Source: an uncultured virus (IMG/VR IMGVR_UViG_2663763181_000001) (taxonomy: Duplodnaviria > Heunggongvirae > Uroviricota > Caudoviricetes). Taken from it: a stretch of DNA of 20,000 nucleotides. The stretch is taken from IMG/VR virus record IMGVR_UViG_2663763181_000001; one strand, 5' to 3'. The notes under the pieces are model-generated. The model had not been told where the DNA came from. It made no database searches and saw nothing but the letters and a program-made list of their open reading frames with translations. The first letter of the stretch is position 1; each line of letters begins with the position of its first letter. A program made the translations under genes and the position numbers. Shown here piece by piece: positions 1-7,679 of the stretch.

Positions 1-456
1 AGTTTTAAGTGGTGGCTGAACAATTAATCGTATTTCACAAAGTTGATCGATAGCTTTTAACTTAAGTGCTCTAAACATAGGTCCATATTGCTTTTGAACC
101 TTGTCTTTATATTTTTTAGCACCTACTGAAAGACTATTTCTTTGCTTTCCATTCTGATCAATTGTAGCCCGCCAAATCTCGTTAGCGCTTAATCCATAAG
201 GCAATTTGATTGTGATGTATTGCTTACCAGAAATGATAACACCGCCTGTGCTTCCCCTATATATAGTATTTTCACCGTTTTCACCCTCATATTCTTTTTC
301 TACATGGCAAGGGAAAAACACATGTTTAGAAGGGCTAGACTTTTGCTTTTTAGTTTTTTCATTGCCTAATGAAACACTGAAATCCTTAAAGAGTTCCTGT
401 CTTTTATTATTGGAGAAAAACTCACTCCACTGACGGCGGTTACTTTTTTTAATCAT
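1..456 (-). CDS. rusA: RusA-family Holliday junction resolvase with N-terminal extension (3' end outside window)
   Basis: Not in the ORF track. Manual translation from ATG at 456 (SD GAGG upstream) is open to base 1: MIKKSNRRQWSEFF...YITIKLPYGLSANEIWRATIDQNGKQRNSLSVGAKKYKDKV...CEIRLIVQPPLKT. LPYGLSANEIWR matches the RusA N-terminal LPxPPSxNxxWR pattern, and the position downstream of replication genes fits. Catalytic Asp residues are not visible. Confidence 0.75.
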   Translation of the reverse strand, partial: MIKKSNRRQWSEFFSNNKRQELFKDFSVSLGNEKTKKQKSSPSKHVFFPCHVEKEYEGENGENTIYRGSTGGVIISGKQYITIKLPYGLSANEIWRATIDQNGKQRNSLSVGAKKYKDKVQKQYGPMFRALKLKAIDQLCEIRLIVQPPLKT

Positions 457-988
457 AACGACCTCAAATCAAGCAAGTAAGATTTACATAAACTTGAAGC
501 TCTTCTTGCATGACATAATCCTTAAAAACACTTAGTTCCAGAATTATTAACCGTTAGATTTATTTAGAAGTACCCTTGTTCCAATTCATTATTTTTGTTT
601 GTAAAAAAATGCTCTCTTTTATATATGCAAAATATATTGATCCTCAAAAAAACATCGAGCTGGTCCTACTTACCAATGTGTCAGCACTTTTAGGATAGGG
701 GCCCCTATCATTTCCTTCTTTTTAGTAATTTAATATCCAAACCCTTTTTACGTAGGATTTGCATCACACACCAAAATTTTAAAGGCCACATCTAGTTTCC
801 CTTTATTATAAAATTATTACCTAGGGGTTGTTTAGAAATCTAAAACTTTTATAACTCTTACTCAGAAATTCTCTTTTTCATCAACCATAAATTACATAAA
901 ATATTATATTTATCCACAACTTAAATAAGCTTGATTCTTTAATTGATAAACTCACTAGAATAATATTTCTTAAAATAATAGGAGTATA

Positions 989-1017
989 TTGACAGAAAAA
1001 AGCTAAAATATTACTCT
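989..1017 (+). promoter_or_regulatory. Sigma70-type promoter for the small peptide gene
   Basis: TTGACA (989-994), 17-bp spacer, TACTCT (1012-1017). Confidence 0.6.
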
Positions 1018-1050
1018 CTAAAAGTTTTCTTCATAAAAAAGCATCAAAAA

Positions 1051-1146
1051 ATGAAAACTATCATCGTAGCTTTTGTACTCTCAGCAATTTTGATCATTCT
1101 ATCATTTTTATTTTACATGATTATAAAAACCCATTATAAGAAATAA
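1051..1146 (+). CDS. 31-aa single-pass membrane peptide
   Basis: MKTIIVAFVLSAILIILSFLFYMIIKTHYKK*: an unbroken hydrophobic run with a basic tail, lying between a consensus promoter and a hairpin. No classical SD; the leader is A-rich. Confidence 0.55.
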   Translation: MKTIIVAFVLSAILIILSFLFYMIIKTHYKK

Positions 1147-1154
1147 CAAAGAAT

Positions 1155-1232
1155 TAAAAAAGCTCATTTCCGAACCAGAAATGAGCTTATGAAATCCACA
1201 TAAACCTGAAATACTAAGTATGGCTACTTAGC
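1155..1232 (-). ncRNA. Predicted ~78-nt small RNA
   Basis: Minus-strand TTGATT(1267-1262)-17-TAATTT(1244-1239) puts +1 near 1232. The RNA has a 5' hairpin GCTAAGTA-GCCA-TACTTAGT, an unpaired middle, and a terminator with a U6 tract. Confidence 0.5.
1156..1188 (-). terminator. Intrinsic terminator, possibly bidirectional
   Basis: Perfect 11-bp inverted repeat AAGCTCATTTC (1160-1170) / GAAATGAGCTT (1178-1188), with the U-tract on the minus strand. Confidence 0.8.
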
Positions 1233-1418
1233 AATATTAAATTAAATGAATTTCTTTGAAGAATCAATATTTTTTTTAAAAAAGTATCTAAAAAAATTTA
1301 AAATTATTACAAATATTATAATTATAGCTTTTAGCAAAGTTAATTTCTTTGCTGCTACAAAAAAGTAAAAGTTCAAAAAGAATAAAACTTCTAAAATTAG
1401 TTAACGGGACTAAGAAAA

Positions 1419-1874
1419 CTATTTTTTAAAAGTTGCTTTATAATGTTTGGAATTAAAATAATTTACAATCTCTTCCCCATTATTTTGATTTTTTTCTAAA
1501 TTTAAGGTTAAAAAATCTAATTCCGATTCCAAATTTATAAACTCGGGAATATATTCTTTGATAGGAGGGGGTGGCTTAGGGCCCCCTTCAGTAATTTTTT
1601 GAATAAACCCAGCTAACCATAAAATGTATTCTTCTCTTAAATTATAAGAAGGAATCAAACTTACATCAATCTTTACCTTACAATCATTTTTACTTTTACT
1701 CAGTACTTCATTGAAATCAATAAAATTATATTTCAGCTTATATTCTGTACCCTTAATTTCTTTTCGAATCACCTTCATAAGAATATACATATTTTCTAAA
1801 ACATCTTTAGAAAATAGTTTTTCATTTTTCATTTTTTTGTAAATAGTCTCAGCAAGAAAAAGATATTGTGGCAT
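1419..1874 (-). CDS. Hypothetical protein, AT-rich accessory (moron) gene, 151 aa
   Basis: Clean ORF with its own predicted promoter. Contains a GGPKPPPP motif; no family recognised. Confidence 0.8.
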   Translation of the reverse strand: MPQYLFLAETIYKKMKNEKLFSKDVLENMYILMKVIRKEIKGTEYKLKYNFIDFNEVLSKSKNDCKVKIDVSLIPSYNLREEYILWLAGFIQKITEGGPKPPPPIKEYIPEFINLESELDFLTLNLEKNQNNGEEIVNYFNSKHYKATFKK

Positions 1875-1904
1875 GTTACAAATTCCATTTCATAATTTCC
1901 TCTT

Positions 1905-1940
1905 ATTCTATAATATAGAATTATTAAATTAATATTACAA
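1905..1940 (-). promoter_or_regulatory. Predicted promoter of the 151-aa gene with an overlapping palindrome
   Basis: TTGTAA(1940-1935)-17-TATATT(1917-1912). The palindrome ATTCTATA-A-TATAGAAT (1905-1921) covers the -10 box. The region is AT-rich, so a chance match is possible. Confidence 0.45.
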
Positions 1941-2010
1941 GAATTTACTCAAAGTTTTTTATTTTAAATTTTGAAGTAATATCAAAATATTAAGATAGTA
2001 ATTCCTAATA

Positions 2011-2043
2011 AAAAGGTCTATTTCTTTTTTAAGAAATAGACCT
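2011..2043 (-). terminator. Intrinsic terminator insulating the moron from the replication operon
   Basis: 13-bp perfect inverted repeat AGGTCTATTTCTT / AAGAAATAGACCT, followed by Ts on the minus strand. Confidence 0.7.
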
Positions 2044-2132
2044 AGCGAAAAAAGCGCTCAAACCTAAAAATGGCTGATTTAGTATTAGCTGCCCTTATTC
2101 AAGTTGGTACTATTAAGTAATTTAGAAAATGC

Positions 2133-2333
2133 TCAATTAACCTCTCTCTTTAAATTTCTCTGCTTCCATCTAGTCCCTACATCTTATGAAATGGACCCCA
2201 TATTGCATTCATATTCTTGAGCTGCTTCTCTTCGTAGTTAAGCCTTTTTCTGATTAGCTTGAACTTGGGTCGGGGTTAGCTTGTTTGGATTGTATTTTTT
2301 TGAGCGTTTTTTGCTGGTTGCTTTAGATTTCAT
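2133..2333 (-). pseudogene. Decayed phage gene remnant
   Basis: ATGA-coupled to the stop of 2330..2863. Reads MKSKATSKKRSKKYNPNKLTPTQVQANQKKA*LRREAAQEYECNMGSIS*DV..., so protein-like sequence continues through in-frame TAA stops. Confidence 0.5.
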
Positions 2334-2863
2334 TTGCACCCACCCCCTTTAGCTCTTAACTTTTCAGCAACTAAACGATCAGCTACACGCTTAACTCGAT
2401 TCCAAACAAAGTTGTGATCAATTTCAGAACGACCTTGATAAATACGTTCAAGTTGAAATGCCGTAACTGAATAATCCACTTCTAAGGCCAGTAAATCCCA
2501 ATCTTCATTAAAAGCTGTAGCGTAGGGGGTCAATTGGCTTTTCTGTGCCAAAATACGCAATTGGCGAGCATCTGGACCACGTTTTACAACTGGTTTTGGC
2601 TTAGATTTGATTAAACCAGTTGAAAGCGCCCATTCGACACAAGTTTCGCAACGACAACATAAACGCTTATACATAGGTCCGGTGCCGTGAGGCATATTGA
2701 GATCACGCCCTATAGACTCAACGTGTCGAATTTTATTACCAGGATGTTTCAGCCATTTCTTAACTGCTTTTTCTAATGCTTTTCGCTCCTTAGATTTAGC
2801 TGCTACGTTTGAGTAAGCAACTAATGCGTATTCAGATTTTTTCATATCAACAAATGCGTTCAC
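2330..2863 (-). CDS. Hypothetical phage protein with a Zn-binding motif and possible C-terminal HTH
   Basis: HGTGPMYKRLCCRCETC motif; overlaps the stop of the upstream gene. Confidence 0.8.
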   Translation of the reverse strand: MNAFVDMKKSEYALVAYSNVAAKSKERKALEKAVKKWLKHPGNKIRHVESIGRDLNMPHGTGPMYKRLCCRCETCVEWALSTGLIKSKPKPVVKRGPDARQLRILAQKSQLTPYATAFNEDWDLLALEVDYSVTAFQLERIYQGRSEIDHNFVWNRVKRVADRLVAEKLRAKGGGCK

Positions 2864-3624
2864 TGTGCTTTACCTCCACCTATACGAGCATCATCCCAAT
2901 CACATTCCACAATATCTAAGCCATCATGTTGAAATCTTGACCAAAGCCGGTCCCCAAGATCATCGCGAACCTCAGAAAGGCTTAGGTTTGAAATCACTAC
3001 TGTTGGCTTCATCTCGTCATAACGAGTAAGTAGAACCTTATGAACACTCTCAAGCAGGTGAGGACGTTTTTCAGCACGGTCATGTAAGCCATATTCGTCA
3101 ATAATTAATAAATCTTTGCCCACATAACGTTTTAGTGCTTCATCTTCGCTATCACCGCTACGGCGATAGGCACCCGCAATATCTTCAGCTAAGTCTGCAG
3201 ACGTAATGTAAATAGCCTCCCAGTTTTTAATGATGATATTTTTCAGAATAGATGAACCTAGATGGGTTTTACCTGTTCCAGTACGACCAACAAGGAGTAA
3301 ATTTCTAAAAACACCTGCATTGAAATCCATAGTGAACTTTTCACAAGTTTTACGAGCTTTGTCTTGTCCTTTGTGAGTTACTGCATAGTTGCTAAAGCCG
3401 CTATTTACATGTCTTTTAGGGATACCAGCTCGAGCCATTTTCAAATTTAAAATACGAATATTCTTATCGCTTTCATATTTTTCATTTGACTGCTTCATGA
3501 TTTTTTCAACACAAGACTGACAAACGATTCGACCATGTACATTGATCATTTGTTCTTTGTGGATCTTACAGATCTGGTTTGTATGGGAAATTTTATATTC
3601 CAATTTTTGAGGCACTGCGTTCAT
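2860..3624 (-). CDS. DnaC/IstB-like AAA+ ATPase, helicase loader
   Basis: Walker A GRTGTGKT, Walker B LLIIDEYG, PTVVISNL, GDRLWSR and an N-terminal CxxH...CxxC. Directly follows the initiator. Confidence 0.93.
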   Translation of the reverse strand: MNAVPQKLEYKISHTNQICKIHKEQMINVHGRIVCQSCVEKIMKQSNEKYESDKNIRILNLKMARAGIPKRHVNSGFSNYAVTHKGQDKARKTCEKFTMDFNAGVFRNLLLVGRTGTGKTHLGSSILKNIIIKNWEAIYITSADLAEDIAGAYRRSGDSEDEALKRYVGKDLLIIDEYGLHDRAEKRPHLLESVHKVLLTRYDEMKPTVVISNLSLSEVRDDLGDRLWSRFQHDGLDIVECDWDDARIGGGKAQ

Positions 3625-4664
3625 ATCAACTCACCCTTCACAGCTGTGTGAGCAACCGGTTCATATTTCTTTGGCGCTCCCCATTGATCATTTACGTTGC
3701 GTGGTAACGATTGATGGTTTGACTGTTGACCAGTAGTCATTTCGGGTTTTTCGTTTAGGTACCAAGATGCTTTGAAGGCACCCCAAGGATTTTGTCTTTT
3801 CAAACAATATTCGACGGCTTGCTGAAGTGTGATTCCTGCTTTTTGGGCTTCATTCAAAAGTGCGTCAAAAGCGTTTTCGGTGTTTTGAGCTTTCTTGGCT
3901 TTACGTACTTGTAAGAACTCAGCAGCGTCTTTCTCAGGTACACCATTTTTTTTCAAAGCACTCTTGAAACTAAATTTTGCTTGAGTCGATGAATCAACTT
4001 CGCCAACGGCGGAGTTGTTATTCCCTTCTGGATTCAGTGAATCAGGATTCAGATTAAGGGAATCAGGATTCAGATTAAAGGAATCAGGAATCAGGGCGTT
4101 TTGGTCTGAGATAGAAACAGTTTTAGAACCGTTATCTAACTGTTCTTGTGTGTTTCCACTACTGTTTGCTTGATTCGATTCACTTTCTTGATAACTGTTT
4201 TCAACAGCAGAACCAGTATTTTGAGGGGCAAATGGACCTGTTTTATCGTAAAAATGCTTTAAATCAGCTTTATTTAGCTGAATTGCCTTTCCAACAATTG
4301 TTTTGTTTTTTGGATTACGTTGATAGACAGTGTAGATGCCATTTCTGTCAGGTAGCTCACTATCTTTCTCAAGACCATGTGGGTTTTGATGTTTAACAAA
4401 GTTAACGATATGGATAACATCAATACCATCAGCGTTATATAACTCGATAAAACCAAACTTAGAAATGTTCTCTAACTGTTCTGCAACGTTTATATCGTCT
4501 GCAGGAAATAAAGACATTTTGATTTTCTTAGGTCGATTTTCGAGTCGGCCTTCGCGATCTGCTAAAGTCCAAAGCCCTATAAATAGCAATCGTGCTTCAT
4601 AAGGTAATTCAATAATGTCTTCATTCATAAAGAATGAGGGCTTAATATTTCTAGATCTTGCCAT
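3621..4664 (-). CDS. Phage replication initiator (O-like / replisome organiser)
   Basis: N-terminal MARSRNIKPSFF...ARLLFIGLWTLADREGRL typical of phage initiators, a low-complexity linker with DNA repeats, and position upstream of the DnaC-like gene. Confidence 0.88.
   Translation of the reverse strand: MARSRNIKPSFFMNEDIIELPYEARLLFIGLWTLADREGRLENRPKKIKMSLFPADDINVAEQLENISKFGFIELYNADGIDVIHIVNFVKHQNPHGLEKDSELPDRNGIYTVYQRNPKNKTIVGKAIQLNKADLKHFYDKTGPFAPQNTGSAVENSYQESESNQANSSGNTQEQLDNGSKTVSISDQNALIPDSFNLNPDSLNLNPDSLNPEGNNNSAVGEVDSSTQAKFSFKSALKKNGVPEKDAAEFLQVRKAKKAQNTENAFDALLNEAQKAGITLQQAVEYCLKRQNPWGAFKASWYLNEKPEMTTGQQSNHQSLPRNVNDQWGAPKKYEPVAHTAVKGELI
4031..4094. repeat. Iteron-like tandem repeats, probable phage ori
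   Basis: GAATCAGGATTCAGATTAA(G/A)G twice (4039-4059, 4060-4080), plus further GA(A/T)TCAG heptamers at 4031, 4081 and 4088. Encodes LNPDSxN repeats. Confidence 0.65.
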
Positions 4665-4667
4665 TTC

Positions 4668-6146
4668 TTAAGCTGCCTCATATAAGTGTTCATGTGCAAA
4701 ATTTGCACGTACTAAAGCTTCAGAGAATTGAGGAGGTACAGAATTACCTACCATTCTTCCCTGTTCTGTCTTAGTTAATTTGATAGTGTTTCCATGTTCA
4801 TCGATCCCATGATCAATGATGTAAGTAGGTTCAAAACCTTGTGCAGTGAATAGTTCTCTTGGCTGAAGCATACGGAAGCCAATATCAACAATTTGGTGCA
4901 GCTCACCTTTAACCATTACAAGGCCAAAACGATCACGTGTTGGTATCGTACGAAGTGGCTCATGAATGCTATTTCCGTCTTTCTCACTACCGTAGAAGGC
5001 AGTTAAAAATGCTTGTACCAATGCAAAATGACCCGCACTTGTAGTAATGGTGTGTAATGGTTCATCTACTGGTTGACCAATGTTGTTATTACGCAGTTTC
5101 ACCAGGTTGCTGACGACTAAACTGTTATGATCTTTTGCAGTAATCGTATGAAGTGGTTCACGAATATCACTACCAACTACACCCGTATAATGCTTAGCAA
5201 TGAACGCAGTAACTAACGCATGATGCCCACCTTTCACCCCTGCGCAAATTGTGCGTAAAGGTTCATCAATAGGCATACATCTTGGGCTAGATGCATTTGC
5301 ACACTCAGTAAGTACTGGGGCAACGCTTTTAACCTTATCCATTGGAACAATAAATGGTTCTGGATTATTGATCACATAACGGACTAAACCATTTGCTATA
5401 CGGCGACAAGTTGCCTCAACTAGAGGTTTCTTACGAGTAAAAATACTTGGGCAAGGAATCGACCAATCTATACATTCTGCAGTGATTCGCCATGGTTTTA
5501 ATTTCCCAGCTTTAACTGCTTTGCTATCTGGTGCAGCATGCGTAGGCTTGGGCCAAACTATAGGAAAATTGTCACGGCGAGCAACAAGAAAAAACCGTCT
5601 TCTTAGTGTTGGAGATCCGTAATCCCGAGCACTCATTACTCGCCATTCAACTTTATAACCTTGATGACGTAATGCATTAACAAAGCACCTGAATGTTTCA
5701 CCTTTGTGCTTTTTACTCGGGAATCCATCTTTTCCTAGTCTGCCCCAAGTTTTGAACTCTTCAACGTTCTCGAGCATGATTATACGTGGTCGTGTAAAGT
5801 CAGCCCATCTAAGAGCAATCCAAGCTAAACCACGTATTTTCTTTTCAACCGGTTTTCCACCTTTTGCTTTAGAAAAGTGTTTGCAATCTGGACTAAGCCA
5901 AACCAGTCCTACAGGCTGATTGTTAGTAACTTTTACAGGGTCAACATCCCAAACATCCTCACAAAAATGACGAGTATTTGGATGATTAGCACGATGCATT
6001 GCAATTGCTTTAGGATCGTGGTTAATAGCAATATCAACGGGACGGCCAAAGGCTTTTTCTAAGCCAGTAGATGTTCCACCACCACCTGCAAAATTATCAA
6101 CAATCAATTCATGAGGTAATAAGTTAAGATTGAGGCACATATTCAT
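4668..6146 (-). CDS. Orphan phage DNA (cytosine-5) methyltransferase
   Basis: Motif I FAGGGG, motif IV SPDCKHFS, motif VI LENVEEF, motif VIII RRRFFLVA, motif IX RELFTAQGF and motif X GNSVPP. Confidence 0.95.
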   Translation of the reverse strand: MNMCLNLNLLPHELIVDNFAGGGGTSTGLEKAFGRPVDIAINHDPKAIAMHRANHPNTRHFCEDVWDVDPVKVTNNQPVGLVWLSPDCKHFSKAKGGKPVEKKIRGLAWIALRWADFTRPRIIMLENVEEFKTWGRLGKDGFPSKKHKGETFRCFVNALRHQGYKVEWRVMSARDYGSPTLRRRFFLVARRDNFPIVWPKPTHAAPDSKAVKAGKLKPWRITAECIDWSIPCPSIFTRKKPLVEATCRRIANGLVRYVINNPEPFIVPMDKVKSVAPVLTECANASSPRCMPIDEPLRTICAGVKGGHHALVTAFIAKHYTGVVGSDIREPLHTITAKDHNSLVVSNLVKLRNNNIGQPVDEPLHTITTSAGHFALVQAFLTAFYGSEKDGNSIHEPLRTIPTRDRFGLVMVKGELHQIVDIGFRMLQPRELFTAQGFEPTYIIDHGIDEHGNTIKLTKTEQGRMVGNSVPPQFSEALVRANFAHEHLYEAA

Positions 6147-6538
6147 AATGCACCACCATTAACTTTTTTAAGCGTTAGTAAAACAGTGAATAATTGACCT
6201 GCAGAATATTTAAATGTCTTAACTTCAGTGCACTCAACTAAAAAGCGATGTTCACCAAAATTAACCCTACTTCCTGGTCTATCAAGTGTATAACGGCTCC
6301 AACCTTCAGGAATCGGATCACAGGAAAAATGGCCGTAGAATTTTTCAGGTCCACATTTAATGCTACAAAGGGGTTCAGCTACCCAAAAAACTTGATTGAG
6401 AAATTTTTTTCTCGCACGAAATTGATTGTTTTCCCCTTCCTTAATTCGCATATTTACCGCTATTTCGCATAATTCCCTATCGCGGATATTTTTAGCTTGG
6501 TTGCGGTCAACGATGAGTTTATTTTTCATATCGCTCAC
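6143..6538 (-). CDS. Hypothetical phage protein
   Basis: ORF with 4-nt overlaps at both ends. Confidence 0.8.
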   Translation of the reverse strand: MSDMKNKLIVDRNQAKNIRDRELCEIAVNMRIKEGENNQFRARKKFLNQVFWVAEPLCSIKCGPEKFYGHFSCDPIPEGWSRYTLDRPGSRVNFGEHRFLVECTEVKTFKYSAGQLFTVLLTLKKVNGGAL

Positions 6539-7143
6539 CCATCCAATCCAATTAAATTCTTAAATTCAGAAATCACATCTACCAGCATTTTTTCGAGGTA
6601 TACGTAATCAGGATTTAATTTGGATGGCCCACTTTCCCAAAGCCAGTCTTCACCAAACAGTTCACACATGATTGATCGGTCTTTAAAAGTGAGCTGGTCA
6701 AAGAAATTTGAAAAACATTCGAATTCAATTTCTTTAAGGTGTTCATAAAAATTTCTAAGATCTTTTTTGGAAATTGCGCCACTTGATCGACCATCTTTTA
6801 ATTCAGATAGCTTATTGATAGCTATGTATTCAATTACTTCATTACCATCCTCAACATCTACCCACTTTTCAATTTTAGGAAAAAGTTTATTAAGTAAATA
6901 AGGAGCATGGCATTGGGCAATGAACTCTTTAAAAGTTGGTTGACCAACATGAGAAAAGAAAGCGGAACCGGTAAAACTACTTAAAACGACTGTTAGACGT
7001 CCACCGCCAGCACTATATAAATTATTTGGATCAACATAAGCTAAAGCCCAGTCTGACTTATATTCACCTATTTTTTTGAAGACGAACTTTTCCATTAAAA
7101 GTTCCCCAATGAAATTGTCTTCTCTATATACAATCTGGCTCAT
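6535..7143 (-). CDS. Hypothetical phage protein
   Basis: Coupled ORF. An alternative start at MEKFVF has a GGGGA SD. Confidence 0.8.
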   Translation of the reverse strand: MSQIVYREDNFIGELLMEKFVFKKIGEYKSDWALAYVDPNNLYSAGGGRLTVVLSSFTGSAFFSHVGQPTFKEFIAQCHAPYLLNKLFPKIEKWVDVEDGNEVIEYIAINKLSELKDGRSSGAISKKDLRNFYEHLKEIEFECFSNFFDQLTFKDRSIMCELFGEDWLWESGPSKLNPDYVYLEKMLVDVISEFKNLIGLDG

Positions 7144-7679
7144 GAGGCGCCACCTTGGTTAACTTTATAAGACTTGCCATAGAGGACCAACTCAATAGTG
7201 CTAGTACTTACAGCAAATTCTTTTGCCAAATCTTTAACTTTTGAGCCTGATGCACGTTTTTTCCTAACGCTCTCTACTTGCCCTTGATTAAGTTTTGCAT
7301 TTATATGTGATGCCCCCTGCTTATATCCACCATGCTGAACCCTATCATTTGCATTATCTTGTTTTGTGCCATAAGCTAGATTTTCGTAACGATTATCGGA
7401 TGGAATCCCATTTAGATGGCGTACTTCTTGATTTTCTGGAACAGGCCCAATAAATGCATCTGCAACAAGTTGATGAACACCAATTGGTCTTGATTTGCCA
7501 TTACCGATATATACAGAAACGGTGCGATATCCTTTTGAAGTGGTAAATTGCGATAGTTCTTTTGAGTATGAAAAATCAACTCTATTTAGCCCTTTGGCTA
7601 ACCTACCCTTGCGACGGTGTGTAAAAACTTTCCCATCTGCAGTGACTGAGTAACTGTTAAACGATGGACATCTTTTCAT
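7140..7679 (-). CDS. HNH homing-type endonuclease (NUMOD4-like N-terminus, C-terminal HTH)
   Basis: YSVTADGKV, GYRTV, VHQLVADAFIG, VRHLNGIPSDNRYENLAYGTKQDN and KVKDLAKEFAVSTSTI. Confidence 0.92.
   Translation of the reverse strand: MKRCPSFNSYSVTADGKVFTHRRKGRLAKGLNRVDFSYSKELSQFTTSKGYRTVSVYIGNGKSRPIGVHQLVADAFIGPVPENQEVRHLNGIPSDNRYENLAYGTKQDNANDRVQHGGYKQGASHINAKLNQGQVESVRKKRASGSKVKDLAKEFAVSTSTIELVLYGKSYKVNQGGAS

Noticed and set aside
206..433. 75-aa plus-strand ORF
   Set aside because: Antisense shadow of the RusA-like gene, with a TTG start and no SD.
482..499. ATTTACATAAACTTGAAG resembles 1195-1212 (ATCCACATAAACCTGAAA)
   Set aside because: 14/18 match, AT-rich and in the same orientation; not enough to call a repeat or a target.
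910..918. Perfect DnaA box TTATCCACA
   Set aside because: A single isolated copy in AT-rich DNA, far from the initiator repeats; chance is plausible.
1419..2330. Type III TA (ToxIN-like) idea: a terminator upstream of a ~150-aa gene
   Set aside because: No tandem repeat array precedes the terminator, and no ToxN-like similarity was recognised.
4148..4456. ORFs 4148..4396 (+) and 4274..4456 (-)
   Set aside because: Lie inside the initiator gene in other frames, with no independent signals.
5704..6472. Plus-strand ORFs 5704..5919, 5877..6062 and 6248..6472
   Set aside because: Antisense shadows of the methyltransferase and its neighbour.
4668..7679. Methyltransferase + HNH as a restriction-modification pair
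   Set aside because: The genes are not adjacent, and the HNH has NUMOD4/HTH homing-type architecture rather than that of a restriction enzyme.
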